Shown here in pieces: positions 29,597-39,300 of a DNA stretch of 64,000 nt. Location of the stretch: contig CBDBHB010000008.1 in NCBI GenBank assembly GCA_965205505.1, forward strand, positions 1,184,001 to 1,248,000. Reading direction: 5' to 3'. Under the pieces are notes generated by a model. That model had not been told where the DNA came from. It saw nothing but the letters and a program-made list of their open reading frames with translations, and did not search any database. A program made the translations under genes and the position numbers. Numbering within the stretch: position 1 is the stretch's first letter; every line of letters begins with the position of its first letter. This DNA is from Acidobacteriota bacterium. Lineage in GTDB: Bacteria; Acidobacteriota; UBA890; WLXD01.

Positions 29597-29720
29597 GCCT
29601 AACGGTCCAGAGCCTCAGCTGCGGCGCGCCCACCGCCCATCAGTAGAAACGCCAGAGCCTCTGGGTTTCTAAGGCTCCCCAACCAGACGCGGCGCCGGCA
29701 GCTGCTGGCTCCTGTTAGAC
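29597..29720 (-). other. attC 1
   Basis: GCCTAACGGTCCAGAGCCTCAGCTGCGGCGC...GCGCCGGCAGCTGCTGGCTCCTGTTAGAC. Confidence 0.9.
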
Positions 29721-29727
29721 AGACAGA

Positions 29728-29940
29728 CTACAGGAGCTTCTTGAACGCTTCGGGAGTCAGCCCAGCGTCGCGAGCGATACCGCCCATCGTGTAGGCGTTG
29801 ATCGGGTTGGCTCGCGGGATCGTGAGGATGCGCGCTCCGTCCGTCATGATGACGTGTTTGCCTTCTCGCGCAACGCGAAAGCCGCCTTTCTGCAGTGCCT
29901 TGATTGCTCGCTTGTGATTGATGCCGGGGATCTTTGGCAT
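29728..29940 (-). CDS. hicA: HicA toxin (cassette 1)
   Basis: 70 aa, GFRVAREGKHVIM...LTIPR...GIARDAGL. Confidence 0.9.
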   Translation of the reverse strand: MPKIPGINHKRAIKALQKGGFRVAREGKHVIMTDGARILTIPRANPINAYTMGGIARDAGLTPEAFKKLL

Positions 29941-29943
29941 CCG

Positions 29944-30141
29944 CTAGATAGCGATCTCGATCTCTCGAACGTCGGCGTCCTTGGTCAGATCCGCGACCAC
30001 CTGTAGGTACTCGCGCACGGCGACCTTGATGTTGTCCATCGCCTCGTTCTCATCAACTCCTTGCGACCAACAACCCGGGAGCCCTGGCACAGAAGCGCTC
30101 ACGCCCTCTTCGGACTGCTGCAATACGACCTTGTACTTCAT
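29944..30141 (-). CDS. hicB: HicB antitoxin, short form without DNA-binding domain (cassette 1)
   Basis: SVPGLPGCWSQG...EAMDNIKVAV. Confidence 0.9.
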   Translation of the reverse strand: MKYKVVLQQSEEGVSASVPGLPGCWSQGVDENEAMDNIKVAVREYLQVVADLTKDADVREIEIAI

Positions 30142-30172
30142 GCCTAGAGGTTAGCGCCGAGGATCGACTGCT

Positions 30173-30240
30173 GTCTAACAAGTATTCGATTGCGTTTGCC
30201 GGACGCTCATAGTTGCCGACCCATGCAGCCAACGCAATGG
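30173..30240 (-). other. Putative attI (crossover G|TTAGAC at 30179/30178)
   Basis: Lone GTTAGAC core with no attC arm, complementary to the GTCTAAC box of attC 1, between the intI 3' end and the first cassette. Confidence 0.7.
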
Positions 30241-30350
30241 AAGCGAATTGCACACGGACCGGCCGGATACGCGGCCAGCCAAGCGCGCAAGACGGTTAGC
30301 CGCCGCCAATCGCGGCTAACACTGACGTACCGTCGATGGTGGGCCCGCGG

Positions 30351-31211
30351 CTAAGGCTGATCGAGACTGTCGGCCGGGCTCTGAACTCCCCTACCAGCGT
30401 TCAGGACGTGGGTGTAGATCATCGTCGTCTTGAGATGACGGTGTCCTAGCAGTTCTTGGACAGTGCGGATGTCGTAGCCAGCCTGCAGCAGATGCGTGGC
30501 GAACGAATGCCGAAGGGTGTGGGCGCTGGCTTTCTTGACGATTCCGGATCCTACGACGGCCTTGCGCATCGCTCGCTGAATCACAGATTCGTGTAGGTGA
30601 TGACGGCGACGCTGCCCGGTAACGCGGTCGGTATAGGTTCGCGTTGCCGCGAAGACCCACTGCCATTTCCATTCTCGACTCGCGCCTGGCATCTTGGCGG
30701 AAAGGTGCCCCGGCAGCTCGACGTGTCCGCGGCCGCGGGCGAGATCTTCCTCGTGGAGCTCTTTCCGAGTCGCCAGGTGCACCCGCAGCGGTTTCACCGC
30801 GGTTGCGGCCAAGACAGTTCGCCGGTCTCGCTTGCTCTTGCCGTCGTAGATCACGATCTGTCGAGTTGTCAGATCGACGTCCTTGATACGTAGACGCAGC
30901 GTCTCCAGCAAGCGGAGACCAGATCCGTACAACAGTATGGCCACCAGGCGGGATCGGTCGTCGAGCCCTGCCAACACGGCCCGCACTTCGTCGCGCGTCA
31001 GTGCTACGGGTATCCGGCGTCGCCTCTGAGCGCGGACCACATGCTCAATTTCACCGGGGTCACGGCCGATCACGTGGCGGTAGAGGAAGAGTATCGCCGC
31101 TAGCGCTTGATTCTGGGTCGACGGGCTCACGCCCCGCACGATGGCCAGATGGCTCAAGAACCGTCCGAACGCTTTCGCGTGCCCGGTCCCTACCTCGCGC
31201 GTGCGTCCCAT
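30351..31211 (-). CDS. intI: Integron integrase, N-terminally truncated
   Basis: SPSTQNQALAAILFLY, YGSGLR, integron patch SREWKWQWVF...RRHHLHE, HTLRHSFATHLL, LGH, TTMIYTHV. Confidence 0.93.
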   Translation of the reverse strand: MGRTREVGTGHAKAFGRFLSHLAIVRGVSPSTQNQALAAILFLYRHVIGRDPGEIEHVVRAQRRRRIPVALTRDEVRAVLAGLDDRSRLVAILLYGSGLRLLETLRLRIKDVDLTTRQIVIYDGKSKRDRRTVLAATAVKPLRVHLATRKELHEEDLARGRGHVELPGHLSAKMPGASREWKWQWVFAATRTYTDRVTGQRRRHHLHESVIQRAMRKAVVGSGIVKKASAHTLRHSFATHLLQAGYDIRTVQELLGHRHLKTTMIYTHVLNAGRGVQSPADSLDQP

Positions 31212-31272
31212 TCATTAGCTGAGATGGTCAGCGAGCGTGCAGATCGAATCGCTCCACGTCGAGTCGAGGCGC

Positions 31273-31629
31273 TCAGCCACCGTAGGGCAGCGACAGCACG
31301 AGACGAAGGCCTGCGTCGATTTCTGATAGAGCGGCATCGGACAGTCTGCCTGCGCGCTCGGTCAAGAACCGTCGATCGACGGTCAGGATCTGGGAAACGT
31401 TGACGACGGATGACTTCGCGAGCCTCCCCTGACGAGCCGTCAGGCGGACGTTGCCGGGAGCGTCGCTCAGACTGAGGTTCGAGGTGATCGCCGCGACGAC
31501 CACTGTACGGATACTGCTTCGGTTGTACGCGTCCGACTGTACGACGAGGACGGGACGCCGATAGCCAGGACCGGAACCGCGTGGATCTCCCAGGCTCGCC
31601 CACCAGATCTCGCCCCTGTGGATCACCAT
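31273..31629 (-). CDS. mazF: MazF/PemK toxin
   Basis: RGEIWWASL...GYRRPVLVVQSD...SVVNVSQILTVDR. Confidence 0.92.
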   Translation of the reverse strand: MVIHRGEIWWASLGDPRGSGPGYRRPVLVVQSDAYNRSSIRTVVVAAITSNLSLSDAPGNVRLTARQGRLAKSSVVNVSQILTVDRRFLTERAGRLSDAALSEIDAGLRLVLSLPYGG

Positions 31630-31865
31630 TCCTCATCTGGAAGGCTTACGCGCTGCAGCTCGGCAAGGACCGGATCCAGTGTCGACCCGTCGGGATGGTC
31701 GGCGTAAACCGCGTCGAGTGCCTCGGTTACGGAACGGACGTCGTGCTCGTCCAGGAACTCGCGCAACGCACTCCTGTACAACTCACTACGGCTCATGCCC
31801 AGGCGCTCCGCTGCCTGCTCGGCGGCGGCAAACAGCTCATCGGGGATGGAGATCGCCGTTTTCAT
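31623..31865 (-). CDS. Ribbon-helix-helix antitoxin
   Basis: MKTAISIPDELF...GMSRSELY; overlaps the mazF start. Confidence 0.88.
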   Translation of the reverse strand: MKTAISIPDELFAAAEQAAERLGMSRSELYRSALREFLDEHDVRSVTEALDAVYADHPDGSTLDPVLAELQRVSLPDEEW

Positions 31866-31873
31866 GCATGTGA

Positions 31874-31891
31874 GTATAACTATCGTTATAC
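31874..31891 (-). promoter_or_regulatory. Antitoxin operator palindrome overlapping a -10 box
   Basis: GTATAAC-tatc-GTTATAC; TATACT on the minus strand 7 nt before the ATG. Confidence 0.65.
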
Positions 31892-31924
31892 CGACGATCC
31901 AGACCTGAACCGGTGGTGCGCCGC

Positions 31925-34012
31925 CTACTCCCTCTCCCCCGCCGTCTCCGTCATGTCCCCACGCGCCCGCTGCATCTGCTTGGGCAACGCATCATCCGTC
32001 ATGTACCTCTCGAACCACTTGCGCAGATACATCTGCGTGCGCAGGAAGTTCGACGGCTTCGATGAAGTGCCGTGCCACTCGTCGTTGAAGCGGATCATCG
32101 CGGTCGGCACGCGCATCACCTTGAGCGCCGCGTAGAACTCCTCGGTCTGGGCGATGGGGGTGCGCAGGTCGTTGACGCCGGTCATGAGCATGGTCGGCGT
32201 GGTGACGTTGCCGACGTACATGAGCGGTGAGCGACGCAGGTGCTCGCTGGGGTCGTCCCAGGGGAGCTCGTCGAAGTTGCGGTACCAGGAGATGCCGTCG
32301 GTGGTGCCGACGAACGACAGCCAGTTGATCACCGGACAGTTCGACGAGGCGGCGGCGAAGCGGTCGGTGTGGCCGACCACCCAGGCGGTGAGCACGCCAC
32401 CGCCGGAGCAGCCGTAGACGTACATGTTGCGCTCGTCGATGTACCCATCGGCAATGACGGTGTCGACGCCGGCCATGAGGTCGTCGAAGTCCTTGTCGGG
32501 GTAGGCGCGGTTGATGGCGTTGCCGAAGTCGGTGCCGTAGCCGGAGGAACCGCGCGGGTTGGTATAGACGACCACGTAGCCGTTGGCGGCGTGGTTCTGC
32601 CAGCCGAAGTTGAAGCCGACGTTGTACATGCCGTGCGGGCCGCCGTGGATGGCGAGCACGAGCGGGTAGCTGCGCGACGGGTCGAAGTCGGGTGGCTTGA
32701 TGACCCAGCCCTGGATGTCGAGGTCGCCGGTGGACTTGTAGCTGATCTCGTCGACATCGCCGAGCTGGATGTTGGCCAGGAGGTTCTCGTTGACGTTGGT
32801 GAGGCGGCGCAGGTCGCCGGGGTTGTCGACGTCGAAGGCGTAGATGTCGCCGGGCTCGTGCGCGCTGCTCATCGTCGCCACCGCCACGCCACCTTCGCTG
32901 ATGTTCGACACTGACATCATGTGGTTGCCGTCGGTCACCTTGACCGGCGGTTCGGAGCCGTCGGCGGGCGCGAAGTAGAGGTTTCGGGTGCCGTGATCGT
33001 TGACGGTGAAGTGGATACCGCTGCTGTCGGCACGCCAGCGCAAGTTGGATGGCGAGCGATCGAGCTCCGGCGTAACGCTGCGCATCATCGAGCCGTCGGA
33101 GCGCATGACGTAGAGCTGCCGCTCGATGTACGTCTGGTCGACGAACTCATTACCGGTGAACGCCACCATGGTGCCGTCGGGCGAGACCACCGGGCCGGAG
33201 TCGGGGCCCTGGCGATCGGTGAGCTGGGTGGTCATCCCCGTGGCCACATCGAGGGCGTAGATGTCGCTCTCGCGCCAGTGATACTCCGCATTCTCCACCA
33301 ACAGGCCGGAGAAGTACATCGTCGCACCGTCGGGCGCCCAGACAGGCGAGCCATGGTCGTAGTCGCCGTGGGTAAGCTGTCGTACCGGGCCTCCATGGGC
33401 GGGCACCACGAAGATGTGCTCGTAGCCGGGGTCGATGAAGCCGCGGCGGTCGCGCTTGTAGTTGGCGCGCTCGACAATGCGCGGCGTGTCGGTCCACTCG
33501 GCGCCGTCGGGCCGGCCCGGCAGGCTGATGGCCCAGTCGCTGTCGGCGTCGACGCGGGTGCGGAAGGCGATGCGCGTGCCATCCGGCGACCAGGAGATAT
33601 CGCGCGGCGTGTCGGTGGCGTGGGTGATCTGGCTGGCGGCGCCCTCGGCATCCATCCAGCGCACCCAGATCTGGCTGCCGCGCGGCTCACCCTCCGCGAG
33701 GTAGGCGATGCGCGTGCCGTCGGGCGACCAGTTCGCGGAGTCGCCCTCGACCAGCTTGCGCTTGCGGGAGCCGTCGCCGTTCATGATCCACAGCTCCGAC
33801 TCGCGCGCGTCGTTCACCACGTCCATCCAGCCGCGCGTGTAGACGACGTGCTGGCCGTTGGGCGAGATCTGCGGCCCGCCGACGAATTGCATCTGCAGGT
33901 AGGTCTCGAGCGTCAGCTTGCTGGGCAGCACCTCCTGCGCCTCGGCGGTCCCAACGAAGGCGGCGAGCGCTGCGACTGTGGTCAGCAACACGAATCCGGG
34001 TCGACGACGCAT
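31925..34012 (-). CDS. S9 family peptidase (acylaminoacyl peptidase-like)
   Basis: PD40 propeller, IHGGPH, GCSGGG, DLRTP, EWHG. Confidence 0.93.
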   Translation of the reverse strand: MRRRPGFVLLTTVAALAAFVGTAEAQEVLPSKLTLETYLQMQFVGGPQISPNGQHVVYTRGWMDVVNDARESELWIMNGDGSRKRKLVEGDSANWSPDGTRIAYLAEGEPRGSQIWVRWMDAEGAASQITHATDTPRDISWSPDGTRIAFRTRVDADSDWAISLPGRPDGAEWTDTPRIVERANYKRDRRGFIDPGYEHIFVVPAHGGPVRQLTHGDYDHGSPVWAPDGATMYFSGLLVENAEYHWRESDIYALDVATGMTTQLTDRQGPDSGPVVSPDGTMVAFTGNEFVDQTYIERQLYVMRSDGSMMRSVTPELDRSPSNLRWRADSSGIHFTVNDHGTRNLYFAPADGSEPPVKVTDGNHMMSVSNISEGGVAVATMSSAHEPGDIYAFDVDNPGDLRRLTNVNENLLANIQLGDVDEISYKSTGDLDIQGWVIKPPDFDPSRSYPLVLAIHGGPHGMYNVGFNFGWQNHAANGYVVVYTNPRGSSGYGTDFGNAINRAYPDKDFDDLMAGVDTVIADGYIDERNMYVYGCSGGGVLTAWVVGHTDRFAAASSNCPVINWLSFVGTTDGISWYRNFDELPWDDPSEHLRRSPLMYVGNVTTPTMLMTGVNDLRTPIAQTEEFYAALKVMRVPTAMIRFNDEWHGTSSKPSNFLRTQMYLRKWFERYMTDDALPKQMQRARGDMTETAGERE

Positions 34013-34317
34013 GATGCTCCTCACTACGGGGTACAGAGACGGGGAGAACGATCGTGCCGGCGGACGGCCTCAGCGCATCCTTTAGCACGTCTGTATGGTC
34101 GTTTCCACCGAGCCGAGACGGCGTCCCGGGCCGCGCACGCGGCCGTGAGCCGGGTGAGCCAAGCACATCGTGGTGGACAGGCTCCTTCCAGGTCGCTCGC
34201 CGCCCGTGCCCTCACGACGGTGCCAACGTGGTCGACTTCTGGGACCGGCGCCTCGAGTTCCTCGCCGAATACCTCGATCTGAGCGTCGACGCCAGCGGCC
34301 GCGTCGCGGTTCCCTAG

Positions 34318-34713
34318 CTAGCGCGGGCGCACCGCACCGATGTCGGTATCGGCGAAGTCATCGCCCTTGAACAGCAGTGGTTCGCCGAGAACATGGGCAA
34401 GTGCGTAGGAGAAGCAGTCGCCGTAGTTCAAGCCCGCCGGATGATGCCCCTTGCCGAAACGCTTGTACGCTCGGCGCGCCACGGTCGCTTGCTCCAGGTC
34501 AACGGCCCGAAGCTCGATGCCGGCTTCATCGATGAAGGCATCCAACTCATAGAGACCGTCGCTGCCGTACCTAGACTCGAAGACGATCGACGCCTCGACG
34601 AAGCTGGCAACAGACAGGTACTTCGACTCCGTTGCTTCGATGGCCTCCGTGAAGGCGAGCTGCTCCGGCTCTGCTTGCAGAATCGCAAGGAGCGCGGAAC
34701 TATCGATCACCAT
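34318..34713 (-). CDS. vapC: VapC PIN-domain toxin
   Basis: MVIDSSAL...LNYGDCFSYA...LLFKGDDF. Confidence 0.93.
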   Translation of the reverse strand: MVIDSSALLAILQAEPEQLAFTEAIEATESKYLSVASFVEASIVFESRYGSDGLYELDAFIDEAGIELRAVDLEQATVARRAYKRFGKGHHPAGLNYGDCFSYALAHVLGEPLLFKGDDFADTDIGAVRPR

Positions 34714-34967
34714 CAGGTGGGTAGCCCGTGCTCGTCGTAACCCAAGATCTCGTCGGCGCTTCGAGGGTCGAGGACCGGCAGCGCGGCACAGCGACGAGCG
34801 ATCTCATTGAGTCTGTCGGCGAGGCTCACGCCAGTCCGCTCGCGTCGTATCCGCTCGATTCGACTGCGGATCGCTTGTGTTACAGCCTCGGTCTTCGTCT
34901 CACCGGTGAGCTTGGCGAGCTCGGCCGCCAGGCGCTCGGTTTCCGGATTGCGGATGTTCAGGGCCAT
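34713..34967 (-). CDS. vapB: VapB antitoxin
   Basis: MALNIRNPETERLA...GETKTEAV...EILGYDEHGLP; GTGTAG-N8-CTACAC palindrome upstream. Confidence 0.9.
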   Translation of the reverse strand: MALNIRNPETERLAAELAKLTGETKTEAVTQAIRSRIERIRRERTGVSLADRLNEIARRCAALPVLDPRSADEILGYDEHGLPT

Positions 34968-35182
34968 GGAATTCCCTACGTGTAGTAGATGAGCTACACA
35001 GTAACATCCGCCGGGCTCAATCATCAAACTCGTTAGATGGCCGCATCGCATTCGAATCGGCTCTGCGGCACGCATCGGCGGTTTAGTTGGGCCAGACCGG
35101 TTGACATGATCCCCCCACCCCGCACCATAGCCAGGTGCGCGAGCCTTCAAGTTCCAATCGCCGTCCTACGCGGGAGTCCCCA

Positions 35183-36316
35183 ATGCGTGTTTCCAGAGCC
35201 CCATTGCTCAGCGCGGCCGTAGCATCGCTGGTGGCCATCCTGGCTCTGTTCAGCGTCTCGCTCACTACCTCGGCTCTGGCCCAGTCCGAGACCAAGCGCT
35301 ACCTCTATCTGAGCACGCCCGACGACGCGCAGCGGGTGGGGCGCGCCGATGGGGCGGGGATTCTGATCTACGACATCGACAACGGGCACGAGCTGATGCG
35401 GCGAATCGACATCCCGGTCTTCGAGGAAGGCCTGCGGGGTTTCGCTGCCAGCCTGATCAACCATGCGGCGTACTACTCCACGACGCACCGGCGGGTCGGC
35501 GCCTTCGATCTGGAGAGCGAAGAGATCGTCTGGGAGCACACCTATCCGAGCGGGGCCGACCGCTCCTCGATCACGATGGACGGCAGCAAGGTCTACGTGC
35601 CGACCGGCTGGTGGTACATCGGCCCCGACAGCGGGATGCTGGTGCTCGATGCGCGGGACGGCAAGCTGCTGAACAAGATCGCCGACAGTCCTCGGGCACA
35701 CAACAGCATCGTCAGCCTCGACGGACGGAGGCTCTATCTCGGTAGCGAGACCACGCTCAGCGTCTATGACACAGCCGACGACAAGAGGTTGATGCAGATC
35801 CAGGAAGTCGGCGAAGCGGCAATCTTCCCGTTCACGATCAACTCGGCACAGACGATCGCCTACGTCTGCCTGTTCGACCACATCGGGTTCGACGTGGTCG
35901 ACCTCACCACCGGACAGGCGATCCACCGCGTGCTTGCCGACGACGGGAACATCCTTCACCGCACCCACGGCGTGGCACTGACTCCCGACGAGACGGAGCT
36001 GTGGATCAGCGACCAGGTGGGCAACAAGCTCTTCTACTACGACGCCACCGTGATGCCTCCAGTCCAGAAAGGCCAGCTCGAGCTCACACAGGGCGGGCAC
36101 GGCTGGGTCACCTTCAGCCTCGACGGCAAGTACGCCTGGACGCACACGCCGGACGTGTTCGACGTCGCCACCAAGCAGAAGATCGCGACGCTGCGCGACG
36201 AGAACGGCCGACCCGTCAGCGGCTCCAAGTACTTCGAGGTCCACTTCCGCGACGGCAAGGTGGTGGAGGTGGGCAACGAGTTCGGGCTGGGCCGGAAGAA
36301 CGTTCCTTTGGACTGA
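35183..36316 (+). CDS. Secreted YncE-like beta-propeller protein
   Basis: Signal peptide, repeated SLDG/TPDE blade motifs. Confidence 0.75.
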   Translation: MRVSRAPLLSAAVASLVAILALFSVSLTTSALAQSETKRYLYLSTPDDAQRVGRADGAGILIYDIDNGHELMRRIDIPVFEEGLRGFAASLINHAAYYSTTHRRVGAFDLESEEIVWEHTYPSGADRSSITMDGSKVYVPTGWWYIGPDSGMLVLDARDGKLLNKIADSPRAHNSIVSLDGRRLYLGSETTLSVYDTADDKRLMQIQEVGEAAIFPFTINSAQTIAYVCLFDHIGFDVVDLTTGQAIHRVLADDGNILHRTHGVALTPDETELWISDQVGNKLFYYDATVMPPVQKGQLELTQGGHGWVTFSLDGKYAWTHTPDVFDVATKQKIATLRDENGRPVSGSKYFEVHFRDGKVVEVGNEFGLGRKNVPLD

Positions 36317-36371
36317 TCGGCTGTCGATCCGACAACCGCGCGCTTCGAACCGCTGCAATTTGGAGTCCTCC

Positions 36372-39300
36372 ATGCGTTTCTCGCGTATCCCCTCCCTCAG
36401 GCTCTTCGCCTCGCTGATGTCGGCCCTCGTGGCCGTCGCCTCCATGTCCACCGCGGGAGCTGCACCCCAGACCGATACCGACCCCAACACCATCGTCGAT
36501 CCGGCCCTCTATCAATCGCTGCGCTTCCGCTTCCTGGGCCCCTATCGGGGTGGGCGATCCGGCGCCGTCATGGGCGTTCCCGGCGAGCCGCACACCTTCT
36601 ACCTGGGCGCCTCGGGCGGGCTCTATAAGACCACCAACGCCGGCGAGACCTGGAACGTCATCTCCGACGAGCACTTCGAGGTGAGCACCATCGGCGCCAT
36701 CGCGGTGGCGCCGTCGGACACCAACGTCGTCTACGTGGGCACGGGTCAGAAGACCATCCGCAGCAACGTGTCGATCGGCAAGGGTATGTACCGCTCCACC
36801 GACGCCGGCCGCAGCTGGACCCACATCGGACTGCGCGATGCCGGACAGATCGGGCGCATCCGGGTACACCCGGACGATCCGGACCTGGTCTACGTGGCGG
36901 TGATCGGCAACCCGTTCGGGCGCAGCGAGACACGCGGGGTATTCCGCTCGCGCGACGGCGGTGACAACTGGGAGAAGGTCCTCTACTTCGACGATGACAC
37001 CGGTTCGAGCGAGCTGGAGCTCGACCTGTCGAACCCGCGCAACCTGTACGCCACCGCCTGGACCGTCGAGCGCAAGCCGTGGACGATCATCTCGGGCGGC
37101 GACGACGACGGCATCTACAAGAGCACCGATGGCGGCGACACCTGGAAGCGGCTCGCCGGTGGGCTCCCCGAGACCACGATGGGCAAGATCGGGCTGACGC
37201 TGTCGGCGTCGAACCCCGACAAGCTCTATGCGCTGGTTGAGACCGACCCCGAGGTGTCGGGACTCTATATCTCCGATGACGCCGGCGAGACCTGGCGGCT
37301 GCAGGAGACCAACGTCGGCCGCAACCTGTACGAGCGCTCCTGGTACTACACCCACATCTTCGTTGATCCGCAGAATGAGAACCTCGTCTACGCGTTGGCC
37401 GTGGGCTTGTTCAAATCCACCGACGGTGGGCGCACGTGGGAGCGCCGCAGTGCCCCGCACGGGGACTTTCACGATCTGTGGATCAACCCGAACGACTCCG
37501 ACATCCTGGCCATCGCTGACGACGGTGGGGTGCAGGTGACGCTCGATCAGATGAACACCTGGACGACGTATCTGAACCAGCCGACCGCGGAGATCTACAA
37601 CATCTTCGTCGACAACCTGTTCCCCTATCACGTGTACGGATCGCAGCAGGACAACTCCACCATCCGACTCCCGAGCCAGTTCCAGGGCGCCCTGACGCCC
37701 TACGGTTACTGGCGCAGCGTGGGCGGCTGCGAGTCGGCGCACATCGGCTTCGACCCCGACAACCCGGTGGAGATCTACGCCGGCTGCTACTCGGGCGAGA
37801 TCAGCCGGGTGAACCTGGTGACCGGCGACCGGCAGGCGATCATGGTGTACCCGCAGATGGAGTTCGGGCTGCCGGCCTCCGACCTGAAGTTCCGCTTCAA
37901 CTGGAACGCGCCCATCCGCATGTCGCCGTATGACCAGTCGGTCGTCTACCACAGCGCCCAGCGTGTCGTGCGGACACGCGACGGCGGCCACAGCTGGGAG
38001 GTGATCAGCCCCGACCTGACGACGAACGACCCCGAGACGCAGATTCGTTCCGGGGCGCCGATCACGTACGAGGACACCGGCGGCGAGGTCTACAACACGA
38101 TCTTCGCGTTCGAAGAGTCGTTCTACGAGAAGGACCTGCTGTGGGTGGGCACCGACGACGGCAAGGTGTGGGTGTCGCGCGACGCAGGTGGCAACTGGAG
38201 CGACATCACGCCACCGGGCATGCCGGCACGCGGCACGGTCAACAACATCGAGCTGTCGGCGCATGATCCGGGGCGCATCTTCGTGCCGGTGAAAGCGTTC
38301 ATGCTCGACAACTGGGAGCCTTACATCTTCGCCACCAGCAACTACGGCGCCAGCTGGACGCGGCTCACCACGGGAGACAACGGCATCCCGGCCGACACAC
38401 CGGTGCGCATCGTGCGCGAGGACCCCGAGGTGCGCGGGCTGCTCTACGCCGGCACCGAGTTCGGCCTCTACGTGTCGTTCGACGACGGGACCCACTGGCA
38501 GAAGATGCAGCTGAACCTGCCGCCGATCCCGATCACCGACATGCGCGTGCACCGCAACGACCTGGTGATCTCCACCCAGGGGCGCGGCATTTACGTCCTC
38601 GACGACATCACACCGCTGCGCCAGGCGCGCCAGGCGCATGCAGCGATCGTCGACGGCTCCGCACCGGCCCACCTCTTCCCTCCCCGCGAAACGGTGCAGG
38701 CGTTCACCAGCGGTCGCTCGGGGCCGGAGGCGCGGAGCGGCGAGAATCCGCCGGCCGGGGTGCAGATCTTCTACGCGCTGCAGGCCGACGCTGCTGCGGC
38801 GGCTGAGGACGACGACGACGCGGGCGCAGCAGATCAGGACGACGCGCTGACGCTCGAGATCTTCGGGCCCAATGGCGATCTCGTGCACACCTTCCACAGC
38901 CACCGCGATCCCGAGTCCAACCCCCGGGACATCGACTTCGCCTCACGTGGCCAGATCCGATTGACCGCCGACACAGGCATGAACCGCTTCCTGTGGAACA
39001 CGCGCTACCCGCCCATCGACCGGCCCGACGGCATGGTGATCTACGGTCTGACCCACGGCCCGCGCACCATCCCGGGCGAGCACCGTGTGCGGCTGTCGAT
39101 CGGAGATTGGAGCCAGGAGGCAACGTTCCAGATCGTCGGCGATCCGCGCCTCGACACGCCGCAGGCGCATCACGATGAGCGGCTGGAGATGGAGCTGCGC
39201 ATGCGCGACGACCTGCAGGCGGTCTTCGGCGCGATTCGCACCCTGTCGTCGGTGCGCGATCAGATCGGCAACCGTCTCGACAGCATGCGCGCGGCTGGAA

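Noticed and set aside
22187-29720. Repeated palindromic elements as a CRISPR array or REP sequences
   Set aside because: They are gene-spaced, variable in length and have RYYYAAC/GTTRRRY ends next to an intI, so they are attC sites; no cas genes
36216-38903. 895-aa minus-strand ORF and other long antisense ORFs (32921-34282, 35147-36493, 436-1110)
   Set aside because: Shadow frames of high-GC genes on the opposite strand, with no motifs
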